Assembly: GCA_021788015.1 (NCBI GenBank)
Contig: JAJYLD010000001.1
Coordinates: 81,581-145,580, forward strand
DNA: 64,000 bases
DNA from: a bacterium
GTDB taxonomy: Bacteria > Patescibacteriota > Patescibacteriia > Patescibacteriales > JAKAJF01
Reading direction: 5' to 3'
The translations under genes and the position numbers were made by a program. Below the pieces are notes generated by a model. It was given only the letters and a program-made list of their open reading frames with translations, had not been told where the DNA came from and did not search any database. Positions 18,120-26,582 of the stretch are shown here, in pieces (position 1 is the first letter of the stretch; each line of letters opens with the position of its first letter).

Positions 18120-18998
18120 TTATTTAATTTCAATTCCAACCAATCTATCAAGACAACGCGCGTCTTTTCTTATCTTAAAAGTATGGGGAGGAAGTTCATT
18201 TTTGGCGGTGGCGCGAAAAATTTTTACCTGCCTGTGATCGATTTCGCAAAGAAGAATGACCTCGGTGTTACTTTTTTTAATCCATTCTCTGATTTGCCCG
18301 AATAATTCAATATAGTATTGCATTCCGTTTTCGCCGGCGACCAAAGCTGATTTCGGTTCGTATTTCAATTCGGGAGCCGTTTCATTGTATTGATCCGGCG
18401 ACAAATAGGGGAGATTGGCGGTCAAAATAATTTTCAATTTTAAATTTTCAATTTTCAATTTTTTTAAAACAGGTTCTAGAAGATTTCCCCGTAAAAAAGA
18501 TATTTTATTTTCCACTCCGTGCGACTTTGCATTTTTACGTGCGACGGTTAATGCTTTTTGTGAAATGTCTATTCCAAAAAATTTTTGATTTTTGGTTTTT
18601 GGTTCTTTATTCAATATTTTTGCCAACGTGATAATGATACATCCCGACCCAGTACCGATATCAATGACATGCGTCACGCGTTGCGCGTTATGCGTTATGC
18701 GATCCAGCGCTTCCTCGGTCATCAATTCCGTTTCGGGACGAGGGACGAGAGTGTCCCTGGTAACAATAAAATCTAAACTATAGAACTCTTTGTGTCCGAG
18801 AATGTATGCCAAGGGTTCATGTTTTATCCGGCGGGAAATTTTTAATTTTAAATTTTTAATTTTAAATTTTGGTATTTCATATTCAGGATGCGCCAAAATA
18901 AAAGCTCGCGGTTTTTTTAAGACAGCTTCTAAAATCAAATCAAAATCCAATGAATCGACCTTGTTGAAATATTCAATCCGTAAATCTTTTATTGACAT
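18120..18998 (-). CDS. prmC: release factor glutamine N5-methyltransferase
   Basis: PLAYILGHKEF, LVPRPETE, IDIGTGSGCI, NLPY (NPPY variant); contains three in-frame heptamer-repeat tracts. Confidence 0.85.
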   Translation of the reverse strand: MSIKDLRIEYFNKVDSLDFDLILEAVLKKPRAFILAHPEYEIPKFKIKNLKLKISRRIKHEPLAYILGHKEFYSLDFIVTRDTLVPRPETELMTEEALDRITHNAQRVTHVIDIGTGSGCIIITLAKILNKEPKTKNQKFFGIDISQKALTVARKNAKSHGVENKISFLRGNLLEPVLKKLKIENLKLKIILTANLPYLSPDQYNETAPELKYEPKSALVAGENGMQYYIELFGQIREWIKKSNTEVILLCEIDHRQVKIFRATAKNELPPHTFKIRKDARCLDRLVGIEIK

Positions 18999-19050
18999 GA
19001 GTTTGTGTCCGTATTATCATTAAAATTTATTTTTTTCATAGGGGGACATA

Positions 19051-19550
19051 ATGGGGGCGATAAATAAAATTTTTTACCTGCACGTTCTTTTTGAACATTT
19101 AAAGAACGAAAATAAAGGTCTTTTCATAGCAACAAGGGGGAAACAAACAATTTTATCGGAGAATGGGAGTATTACGGCTTTGACGCGCCTAATCTTAATG
19201 CGGAATCATTTTTTTTCGAAATTATTGAATTTCTGGAATCAAAAGGATTGAAAATCTGTAAAAAAGACTTAAAAGATCAACATGGTTATGCGGAATTTTT
19301 TGTCGACGAAAAAGGTTTGGCGGCCGTATCTTTTTTGCGGCCATGGAACGTGCACGGATATTGTTTTCCAGAAACTCAAACAAGGGGGGGTATGAAAAAA
19401 TTCTTTGTAAAGAAGAAAACCAAGTCTCTTGAGGCCGTCTTAAAAAAGAAAATGGGCGAAGCCGGATTTCGTAAATTCCGGAAATCAGCCACTGATTTCA
19501 TATCTACTGGTAATATGTGGATGCTTCCTTACGAGCGCAACATGTTTTAA
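19051..19550 (+). pseudogene. possible frameshifted gene (two overlapping ORFs in different frames)
   Basis: The 19248 frame stays open back to 19116 with protein-like sequence but no ATG; the ATG ORF 19051-19251 overlaps it; likely shift near the G5/A-rich run at about 19136-19150. Confidence 0.35.
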
Positions 19551-19586
19551 ATGTAGACTTAAAAAGCGGTGAACAGCACCGCTTTT

Positions 19587-20648
19587 TTATTTTTTCATTC
19601 GCAATCTCAAATCTTCCTGTTTCAACGCATTGATCATTTCTTCCAAATCTCCGTCCATGAATCTGTCTATCGAATGCAGGGTAAGTTTTATTCGGTGATC
19701 GGTGACACGATCCTGCGGGAAGTTATAGGTTCTGACTTTGTCGCTGCGGTCTCCGGAACCGATCTGACTTTTTCTTTCCGCCGATTCTTTTTCCCGTTTT
19801 TCTTCTTCCATTTTAGCCAAGAGCCTTGATCTCAAAATCTGCAAAGCTTTTTCTTTGTTTTGGTGTTGGGATTTTTGATCCTGACAGCTCACGATTAACC
19901 CGGTCGGAATATGCAAAATGCGGATGGCCGAATAGGTCGTGTTAACCGATTGGCCGCCCGGACCGGACGAGCAGAAAGTATCGATGCGGATATCTTTCGG
20001 TTCGATTTTAAGATCGACTTCTTCCGCTTCGGGGAAAACGGCGACGGTCGCGGCCGAGGTATGGATGCGTCCCGCTTTCTCCGTTTCCGGCACCCTTTGC
20101 ACGCGGTGCGTTCCGGCTTCGTATTTTAAATTTCCGTAAACATTTTTTCCATTCACTCCGAAAATAATTTCCTTAAAACCGCCGATGCCGGTGCGGTTTG
20201 AATCCATGACATCAATTTTCCAGCCTTTTCTTTCGGCGTATCGCGAGTACATGCGAAAAAGATCGGCGGCGAACAAAGCGGACTCGTCTCCGCCGGTTCC
20301 GGCGCGGATTTCGATAATTGCATTTTTTTTATCATTCGGGTCGGCCGGATGAAGTTCCAATTCGATTTTATTTCTCAGGTCTTTGCTTTTTTCTTCATTC
20401 TCATTTATTTCCTCTTCGGCCATTTTTATCAGTTCCTCATCGGTCTCGCTCTTTAAAATCTCCCGGCTTTGTTTCAAATTTTCTTCAATTTTTTCCAATT
20501 CTAAAACCATCTCAACTATTTCTTTGAGTTCGGCCTGCTTCTTTCCGAGCTCCGCCATCTTTTTCGGATCAGACGTAACTTCGGGAGAAAAGAGCTTTTC
20601 ATTAAGCTCCGCGTATTCTTTTTTCACTGTTTCGAATTGCTTGTCCAT
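19587..20648 (-). CDS. prfA: peptide chain release factor 1
   Basis: GGQ motif ([11 protein letters not shown]) and [17 protein letters not shown] (PxT region). Confidence 0.95.
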   Translation of the reverse strand: MDKQFETVKKEYAELNEKLFSPEVTSDPKKMAELGKKQAELKEIVEMVLELEKIEENLKQSREILKSETDEELIKMAEEEINENEEKSKDLRNKIELELHPADPNDKKNAIIEIRAGTGGDESALFAADLFRMYSRYAERKGWKIDVMDSNRTGIGGFKEIIFGVNGKNVYGNLKYEAGTHRVQRVPETEKAGRIHTSAATVAVFPEAEEVDLKIEPKDIRIDTFCSSGPGGQSVNTTYSAIRILHIPTGLIVSCQDQKSQHQNKEKALQILRSRLLAKMEEEKREKESAERKSQIGSGDRSDKVRTYNFPQDRVTDHRIKLTLHSIDRFMDGDLEEMINALKQEDLRLRMKK

Positions 20649-20779
20649 TTTCTCAATTTTCTGCTAGAATTAAATTAAGTACGAATAAAGTATAGCAAAT
20701 TAGGGGGAAATGGCAAGTAATTTCCGTTGCGTCATAATCCTTTGCGAGACGATTCCGCTGCAATGTAAAATATAATAAT

Positions 20780-21370
20780 ATGGATATAAAAAATATTAAG
20801 AAAAAACTACAATTTTTAGAAGAAATTGAGAAGTTTAAAAAAATCGAAAGGGGTAATTATTTTTCTGATCAAACGAGAGGTGAAACTGACGCAGAACACA
20901 CTTGGCACTTGGTCATGTTTTTGCTTGTATTTGAGGACGAGCTTCCTCGTGAAATAGATAAAGTTAAGTTGTTAAAAATGGCTTCAGTACACGATTTAGC
21001 AGAAATATATGCCGGTGATGAATTTTTTCTTACTGGCAAGCTTGCCAAAAAAGACAAACAAAGAAAAGAGCTTAATGCCGCCAAAAAACTTTTTTCTAAA
21101 CTTCCAGATGAGCAAGCGCGTGAGTTTATGTTGTTGTTCAGGGAATATGAGGAAAGAAAAACGACGGAAGCTCAAATTGTAGCTGCGTTTGATAAAATAC
21201 AAGCCATTCATCAAAATATAAGTTCGGGTTGGCTGACATATAAAAAACACAGCTTATCAATCGAAAAAATAAAAGAGTATCATAAGACTCCAATGGAATA
21301 TAACAACCTTACTGCTCTTATATACAAGCTTATATTCGAAGAAGCTAAAAAGCGAAAATACGAAAAATAA
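20780..21370 (+). CDS. HD-domain phosphohydrolase (YfbR-like)
   Basis: ETDAEHTWH...VHDLAEIYAGD HD signature. Confidence 0.8.
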   Translation: MDIKNIKKKLQFLEEIEKFKKIERGNYFSDQTRGETDAEHTWHLVMFLLVFEDELPREIDKVKLLKMASVHDLAEIYAGDEFFLTGKLAKKDKQRKELNAAKKLFSKLPDEQAREFMLLFREYEERKTTEAQIVAAFDKIQAIHQNISSGWLTYKKHSLSIEKIKEYHKTPMEYNNLTALIYKLIFEEAKKRKYEK

Positions 21371-21378
21371 TTACCCTC

Positions 21379-21407
21379 GCTGGCTCCGGGTTGCACCCGG
21401 AGCCAGC
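21379..21407. repeat. GGCTCC-family hairpin
   Basis: gctggctccgggt-tgc-acccggagccagc, perfect 13-bp stem; no downstream T-run on the + strand. Confidence 0.75.
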
Positions 21408-21523
21408 GATCAAAAAATATAAAACAAAAATTATTTAGGATTTTGTTGGTTCGGGATTGTTTCAGAACTGTAACGAACAAAAAATAAAAAAACTGCCGGA
21501 TAAAACCATGCGGTTTGAGATTG

Positions 21524-21682
21524 CTATTTTGCGGCTCTTCCCACGAAACCGTTTTCCGGGTTGTTCGGGATAATGAATCCGTTTTCTTCCAGCATTTTGC
21601 CCAGTCTTTCTTCGTTCAGGGTTAATTTATGCCAATCCTTGCCGGCATAAATTCTCGCCACCAGCCTGCAGATTTCTTCCAT
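21524..21682 (-). CDS. small hypothetical protein (52 aa), not in ORF track
   Basis: GGGAGGTG 7 nt upstream of ATG; MEEICRLVARIYAGKDWHKLTLNEERLGKMLEENGF... Confidence 0.5.
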   Translation of the reverse strand: MEEICRLVARIYAGKDWHKLTLNEERLGKMLEENGFIIPNNPENGFVGRAAK

Positions 21683-21748
21683 TAAAAACACCTCCCTAGC
21701 AATTAGACATACTTAATCAAAAGAGTGTTTGTGTGTCTAAAACAATTT

Positions 21749-22303
21749 ATGAAATTAATCATAATCTTCGGTCCGCCGGCAGTCGGAAAAATGACGGTCG
21801 GACATGAACTTGAAAAAATTACGGGATTAAAAGTTTTCCATAATCACATGACCATAGATCTCCTCTGGCCGTTTTTTGAGTTTGACTCGCCGGGCTTCAG
21901 AAGACTTATGGAATTGTTCCGCCTGGAGATGTTTAAAGAAATTGTCAAAAGCGATTTAAAAGGAATGATTTTTACTTACGCTTGGGCGTTTGATAAAAAA
22001 TCGGATGCAAAGTTTATTGATAAAATTGTGGATATATTCAAGGGAAAGGAAATTTATTATGTTGAACTGGAAGCCGACTTGAAAGAAAGATTAAAGCGCA
22101 ATCGAACTTCGCATCGATTAGAACATAAGCCGACGAAAAGAAATTTAAAGCTTTCGGATCGATATCTGCATGAAGCGGAAACGAAATACAGATTGAACAC
22201 ATTTGATGGAGAATTTAAGCGAAAGAATTATATCAAAATTAACAATACGAAAATAAGCGCTAAGAAAACGGCGATGATGATTAAAGAAAGATTTGGATTG
22301 TAA
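21749..22303 (+). CDS. P-loop kinase-like ATPase
   Basis: Walker A FGPPAVGKMT; about 184 aa; start trimmed to MKLIIIFG. Confidence 0.7.
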   Translation: MKLIIIFGPPAVGKMTVGHELEKITGLKVFHNHMTIDLLWPFFEFDSPGFRRLMELFRLEMFKEIVKSDLKGMIFTYAWAFDKKSDAKFIDKIVDIFKGKEIYYVELEADLKERLKRNRTSHRLEHKPTKRNLKLSDRYLHEAETKYRLNTFDGEFKRKNYIKINNTKISAKKTAMMIKERFGL

Positions 22304-22308
22304 CAAAA

Positions 22309-22335
22309 AACCATCTCGTTTGAGATGGTTTTTTG
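22309..22335 (+). terminator. rho-independent terminator
   Basis: ccatctc-gttt-gagatgg followed by TTTTT. Confidence 0.8.
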
Positions 22336-22453
22336 CGTGGAGTCAAATAAAATTGTCATTGCGGCCCTGAGCCGCAATCCAGGGGTAAAACGCACAATGT
22401 CATAATGGAGCAGAGCCTAGCGCGGAGCGATAGCATCTCGGTGGTTTATGCAG

Positions 22454-22501
22454 ACACGAGATCCTATCGGTCGTTCGTTCCTCACTCCCTCCAGGATGAC
22501 A
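22454..22501 (+). repeat. dispersed repeat copy 1 (acacgagatcctatcg...ctccaggatgaca)
   Basis: Shares a 16-nt 5' block and a 13-nt 3' block with 23107-23140; a related tgtcattgcggc...gccgcaat hairpin lies at 22355-22385. Confidence 0.7.
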
Positions 22502-22523
22502 ATTGGAGTCCGGAATGACAAAA

Positions 22524-22559
22524 ACAAAAAAACCGCCCCTCTTTGGGACGGTTTTTTTG
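22524..22559. terminator. bidirectional terminator downstream of rpmE
   Basis: A-run, accgcccc...gggacggt hairpin, T-run. Confidence 0.7.
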
Positions 22560-22568
22560 AGTTCAAGT

Positions 22569-22847
22569 TTAATCTTTTTTTGCTTTCGCTTTCGCTTTCG
22601 TAGCTCGCTTTGCGGTTTTGCTTTTGTGTTTTGCCGCTTTTGCGGTTTTCGCTTCGACTTTCGCTTTGAATTTTTCAACGCGTCTCGCGCTATCGACTAA
22701 TTTCTGCTTGCCCGTGTAGAACGGATGGCAGGCCGAGCATATTTCAACTTTTAATTCGGGCAAAGTTGAACCGGTCGTAAAAGTATTTCCGCAAGCGCAG
22801 ATTACTTTCGCATCTTCGTAGTATTTTGGGTGGATTTTTTCTTTCAT
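22569..22847 (-). CDS. rpmE: 50S ribosomal protein L31 with Lys/Ala-rich C-terminal extension
   Basis: [10 protein letters not shown]...CACGN...[13 protein letters not shown]; tail [32 protein letters not shown]. Confidence 0.9.
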   Translation of the reverse strand: MKEKIHPKYYEDAKVICACGNTFTTGSTLPELKVEICSACHPFYTGKQKLVDSARRVEKFKAKVEAKTAKAAKHKSKTAKRATKAKAKAKKD

Positions 22848-23106
22848 AATGTGTAATTAAAAAACAGATCACGAGTCCGTGCTGTCAAAATTTATAATAA
22901 CATAATTAAGAATTTTTGCAAGTTCTTATCTAATCGAAAGTACCACGACATTTAATATCTGTCAAGATTGACTTTTTTTTCTTAATGTATTAAATTAATG
23001 ACAGTGTTTGGTTACAAAAACCACACTTTTTATTTTTAATCTCTCATACCCTGGAAATTTTTCCTTGCAGAACTGTCGCCGGAGAAATGCATAGAATCTT
23101 GTTTAA

Positions 23107-23140
23107 ACACGAGATCCTATCGCTTCGCTCCAGGATGACA
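23107..23140 (+). repeat. dispersed repeat copy 2
   Basis: acacgagatcctatcgcttcgctccaggatgaca; same termini as 22454-22501 with a shorter interior. Confidence 0.7.
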
Positions 23141-23174
23141 TTTCTGTAACCGGGGTAGAGGCAAAAAGGAAACT

Positions 23175-23870
23175 ATGACAAAAGTTCCAACAATCGAAGA
23201 GATGCTTAAGGCAGGAATGCACTTCGGGCATCGCACATCAAAATGGCATCCGAAAATGGCGCCTTTTATTTTTGGCTCAAGAAACGGAGTGCACATTATT
23301 GATTTGGCCAAAGCGCAACAAAAATTGAACGAAGCTTTGGATTTTATAAAAAAGAGCGCCACCGAAGGAAAATTAATCCTTTTAGTCGGTACAAAAACTC
23401 AGGTTAAAAACGAATTAAAGAAAATTGCCGAAGAAGCGGGTGCTCCGTATGTTTCCGAAAAATGGCTTGGCGGGTTCTTGACTAATTTCCCTGTCATCAG
23501 GAAAATGATCAAAAAATACAAAGATCTTTTGGAACAGAAAGAAACAGGCAGGTTGGACAGATACACCAAAAAGGAGAGATTGGAAATTGAGCGCGAAATC
23601 GCTAGACTCGAATCAAGAGTCGGCGGCTTGGTCAACTTGAACAGAATCCCCGACGCAATCTTTATCTGGGATCTTAAAAAGGAAAAGACCGCTTTGGCGG
23701 AAGCGAAAAAGAAGAACGTCCCGATTATCGCCGTTTGCGACACCAATGTCAGTCCGGAAGGAGTAAGCTATGTCATTCCGGCGAACGACGACGCGACAAA
23801 AACGATAAAGATGATTTTAGGTTTGGTTAGGGACGCGATTAACGAAGGGAGGATTGAAGCAAAAAAGTAA
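23175..23870 (+). CDS. rpsB: 30S ribosomal protein S2
   Basis: MLKAGMHFGHRTSKWHPKM, typical S2. Confidence 0.97.
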   Translation: MTKVPTIEEMLKAGMHFGHRTSKWHPKMAPFIFGSRNGVHIIDLAKAQQKLNEALDFIKKSATEGKLILLVGTKTQVKNELKKIAEEAGAPYVSEKWLGGFLTNFPVIRKMIKKYKDLLEQKETGRLDRYTKKERLEIEREIARLESRVGGLVNLNRIPDAIFIWDLKKEKTALAEAKKKNVPIIAVCDTNVSPEGVSYVIPANDDATKTIKMILGLVRDAINEGRIEAKK

Positions 23871-23883
23871 AACGATCTCATAT

Positions 23884-24003
23884 CGCGTAACCTGCCTACC
23901 GGACAGGCAGGCGCGTAACGCGGAACACGTAACAAAAGTATAAAAAATTAAAAATAAACTCAACCCGTTAACTCTTTAACCCATTAACCGAATAATAAAA
24001 TAA
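23884..24003. repeat. short-period tandem repeats and hairpin after rpsB
   Basis: cgcgtaa flanking hairpin cctgcct-accggac-aggcagg, then cgcgtaa-cgcggaa-cacgtaa; 8-nt units cccgttaa-ctctttaa-cccattaa-ccgaataa-taaaataa at 23964-24003. Confidence 0.75.
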
Positions 24004-24055
24004 TTTTTTTATTGGTTATTAACGAGTCAACGGCTTAACGAGTTGCTATTAAAAT

Positions 24056-24886
24056 ATGGACATGAATACAATAAAAGAACTGCGAGATAAGAGCGGGGCT
24101 GGCATGGTTGATTGCAAAAAGACTTTGGAAGAAGCCGGCGGTGATCTTGAAAAAGCCATGGAAATATTAAGAAAAAAAGGAATCGCCAAAGCGGCGAAGA
24201 GAAGTGATCGTCAGGCCGGCGAGGGCGTGATTAAAGTCGAAGTGGATCCATCCGGGAAAGAAGGTTATATGCTCGAAGTCAACGCGGAAACGGATTTTGT
24301 CGCGCGTAACGAACAATTCATGAAATTTGCCGATGACGCATTCACTATTTTAAAATCGAAAAAAACCGCTGGCCGTGATGCTTTATTAAGCGCGGAAATG
24401 GACTCGGCTACTGTGAAAGGTATCATGGACAATTTAAGCGGAGTAATCGGAGAAAAATTGGATATAAAAGGAGCCGTGGTTTTATCTTCTGACGGAAGCA
24501 TTGCCGGATATTCGCATATGGGCGGAAGGATTGGAGTCTTAGTTTCTTTGAATAAACCGGTGAAAGAAGATTTGGCCCGCGATATCGCCATGCAGATCGC
24601 GGCGTCCAATCCGAAATATATCTCTCCGGATCAGGTTCCGGCCGCAGAAATCGAAAAAGAAAAAGACATCTACCGCGAGCAGATTAAAAAAGAAGGCAAG
24701 CCGGAAAATATGGTTGAGAAAATCCTTGAAGGAAAAATTAACAAATATTTCGAAGATGTTTGTTTGGTAAAACAGGAATACATAAAAGACGACGGCAAAA
24801 AAGTTCAGGATATTTTGGGCGACGCGAAAATCGAGAAATTCATAATTTTCAAATTGGCCGGGTCGCCGTTAACCTGCGGGATTTAG
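24056..24886 (+). CDS. tsf: translation elongation factor Ts
   Basis: IKELRDKSGAGMVDCKKTLEEAGGDLEKAMEILRKKG (UBA-like N-terminus) plus EF-Ts core. Confidence 0.95.
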   Translation: MDMNTIKELRDKSGAGMVDCKKTLEEAGGDLEKAMEILRKKGIAKAAKRSDRQAGEGVIKVEVDPSGKEGYMLEVNAETDFVARNEQFMKFADDAFTILKSKKTAGRDALLSAEMDSATVKGIMDNLSGVIGEKLDIKGAVVLSSDGSIAGYSHMGGRIGVLVSLNKPVKEDLARDIAMQIAASNPKYISPDQVPAAEIEKEKDIYREQIKKEGKPENMVEKILEGKINKYFEDVCLVKQEYIKDDGKKVQDILGDAKIEKFIIFKLAGSPLTCGI

Positions 24887-24969
24887 AAATAAGAAAAATA
24901 AGAGAAACAAGATCCAAAATAATCAAAAAATTTTTTCTTATTTTTCTTTTTATTCTTATTTTAATTTTC

Positions 24970-25845
24970 ATGAAATTAGTTCAAATACAATTTTCTCCCT
25001 GGGACAGGGCCTACAATTTCGATCCCGGCGAGTTGAGCTTAAAAAAAGGGGACAAGGTTGTGGTAAAAACGGATCTTGGCCTTGAAATCGGGGAGGTGAT
25101 TGATTTTGTCGAGACGGAAGTAAAAGAAAAAGAAGATGGAACTAAAGAAATCGTTATTTGTAAAAAAAATTGCGAGAATTGCCAAAATGAAGAAAAGACA
25201 AAAGAAGTAAAATCGATTTTGAGAATTGCCGGTCCGTCCGATTTTAAAAAAAAGGTGAACGAGGAAGAAAGGAGCAAGGCGCTGGATATATGCAAAAAGG
25301 CGGTCAAGAAGCTGGAACTGCCCATGAAAATAGTGGACGCATTTTTTTCTTATGACGGAACGCGTCTTACTTTCGCGTTTATCGCGGACGGCAGAATCGA
25401 TTTCCGCGAACTGGTCAAAGAACTGACGCGAACTTTCGGCAAAACCATCAGGCTTCAGCAAATAGGAATTCGCGACGAAGCGAAACTGATCGGCGATTTC
25501 GGCCATTGCGGTTTGCCTCTTTGCTGCAAAGGATTTTTAAAAGATTTGAATTCAATCACTTCGGAAATGGCCGAGGTTCAGCAATGCGCTCACCGCGGAT
25601 CGGAAAGGCTTTCCGGCATTTGCGGAAGATTGATGTGCTGTCTGGCTTATGAAGAAAAAGGTTATGCCGATTTGCAAAAAAATATGCCTCCGATCGGAAT
25701 GAAAGTGAACGTTGACGGTAAACGCGGAGTCGTTGTTGGCCATCACGTTTTAAAGCAGTCGGTCGACGTCGAGTTTCCGTCGGAAAAAGAAAGCGAGCAG
25801 CCGACCAGAATGGAAGTGGATTTGAATAGGAATAAAAAGAAATAA
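24970..25845 (+). CDS. PSP1/RicT (YaaT-like) domain protein
   Basis: GDKVVVKTDLGLEIGEV..., RLTFAFIADGRIDFRELVKEL, Cys cluster HCGLPLCC...CGRLMCC; start trimmed from the track ORF. Confidence 0.85.
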   Translation: MKLVQIQFSPWDRAYNFDPGELSLKKGDKVVVKTDLGLEIGEVIDFVETEVKEKEDGTKEIVICKKNCENCQNEEKTKEVKSILRIAGPSDFKKKVNEEERSKALDICKKAVKKLELPMKIVDAFFSYDGTRLTFAFIADGRIDFRELVKELTRTFGKTIRLQQIGIRDEAKLIGDFGHCGLPLCCKGFLKDLNSITSEMAEVQQCAHRGSERLSGICGRLMCCLAYEEKGYADLQKNMPPIGMKVNVDGKRGVVVGHHVLKQSVDVEFPSEKESEQPTRMEVDLNRNKKK

Positions 25846-25868
25846 ACAAATAAAATTTCAAGAGGTAG

Positions 25869-25894
25869 AGACGTGCCATTAGGCACGTCTTTTT
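25869..25894 (+). terminator. rho-independent terminator
   Basis: agacgtgcc-atta-ggcacgtct followed by TTTT. Confidence 0.85.
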
Positions 25895-25950
25895 GATCTT
25901 GTTTTCTTAAAAACATTTATAATAAAGAAAAAACGCGAAAGGGGGGCGCC

Positions 25951-26292
25951 GTGCTTTTACCTTTAATATCCAAGAAAAAAGTAACCGATCCGGAAGAAGC
26001 GGCTCAAATTATCATGTTCCGGTGTGAAAATTTGATTTTGGAATGCTACAAAAAGAAAGATGAACTCGAAGTTATAATTAAAGAATTGGTTTTACTCATG
26101 AAATCATTGATTGAAGCGGGGTTTAAAGATGAGGTGGAATATATCGATACTTTATTCGGAGCTGCTTTTAAACCCGAGCCCACATTAACAAGGGATGATA
26201 TTAGAAAGCTTATTTTTTTACACAGGGTTTTAAGGAGGCGAATAAAATGTAGACTTCTTGTAGATTTTTATATGGGTCTATATTTATCATGA
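25951..26292 (+). CDS. hypothetical protein (GTG start)
   Basis: 113-aa ORF, weak evidence only. Confidence 0.4.
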   Translation: MLLPLISKKKVTDPEEAAQIIMFRCENLILECYKKKDELEVIIKELVLLMKSLIEAGFKDEVEYIDTLFGAAFKPEPTLTRDDIRKLIFLHRVLRRRIKCRLLVDFYMGLYLS

Positions 26293-26467
26293 ATAGGGTT
26301 AACACCTGTTCTTTTTTTATTGTAATGATAAAATTTTTAATGCGGCTCTGGTTGGGCCACTCCGCGGGTGGTTCTTTTCTATACGTTACGCGTTATGAGT
26401 TATGCGATTTGTACTCTATCCCCGAAATGTTCTATAATAAATGTATAAATGTCTCAGTCTTATGAAT

Positions 26468-26582
26468 CCCGTTAGAGGCCGCGATCGCTTCAAGCGGGAA
26501 TGGATTAAAATATAATTTGTTTAATAAATAATTATGCAGATTGTGTCATCAAATTTTTTGATCGCGATCTGCCTCTAACGGG
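26468..26582. repeat. 115-bp element bounded by inverted repeats, abutting the gap start codon
   Basis: cccgttagaggc(cgcgatcg) at 26468-26487 vs (gatcgcg)atctgcctctaacggg at 26560-26582; ATG of gap at 26583. Confidence 0.75.

Noticed and set aside
19587-20648. Unusual RF1 PxT tripeptide (PET) and a possible alternative genetic code.
   Set aside because: The x position of PxT is variable. TGA clearly terminates several well-supported genes here (DUF488, LUD, the methyltransferase at 7450, hypC), as do TAA and TAG. There is therefore no evidence for stop-codon reassignment.
22400-22700. Lys/Arg-rich 92-aa minus ORF and 65-aa plus ORF over the rpmE tail region.
   Set aside because: They are alternative frames of the low-complexity Lys/Ala-coding DNA of the L31 tail plus repeat sequence. 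They have no independent start context.
24760-24969. Long N-terminal extensions of track ORFs. Examples are 24760 for the PSP1 gene, 28644 for the hydrogenase small subunit, 3879 for tspO, 54052 for IMPase, 54992 for RNHCP, 59211 for uppS, 62574 for cutA and 43321 for the hsdM-hsdS insert.
   Set aside because: The extensions overlap upstream genes, terminators or repeat tracts, and have non-protein-like composition. Internal ATGs with better context and homologous N-termini were used instead.
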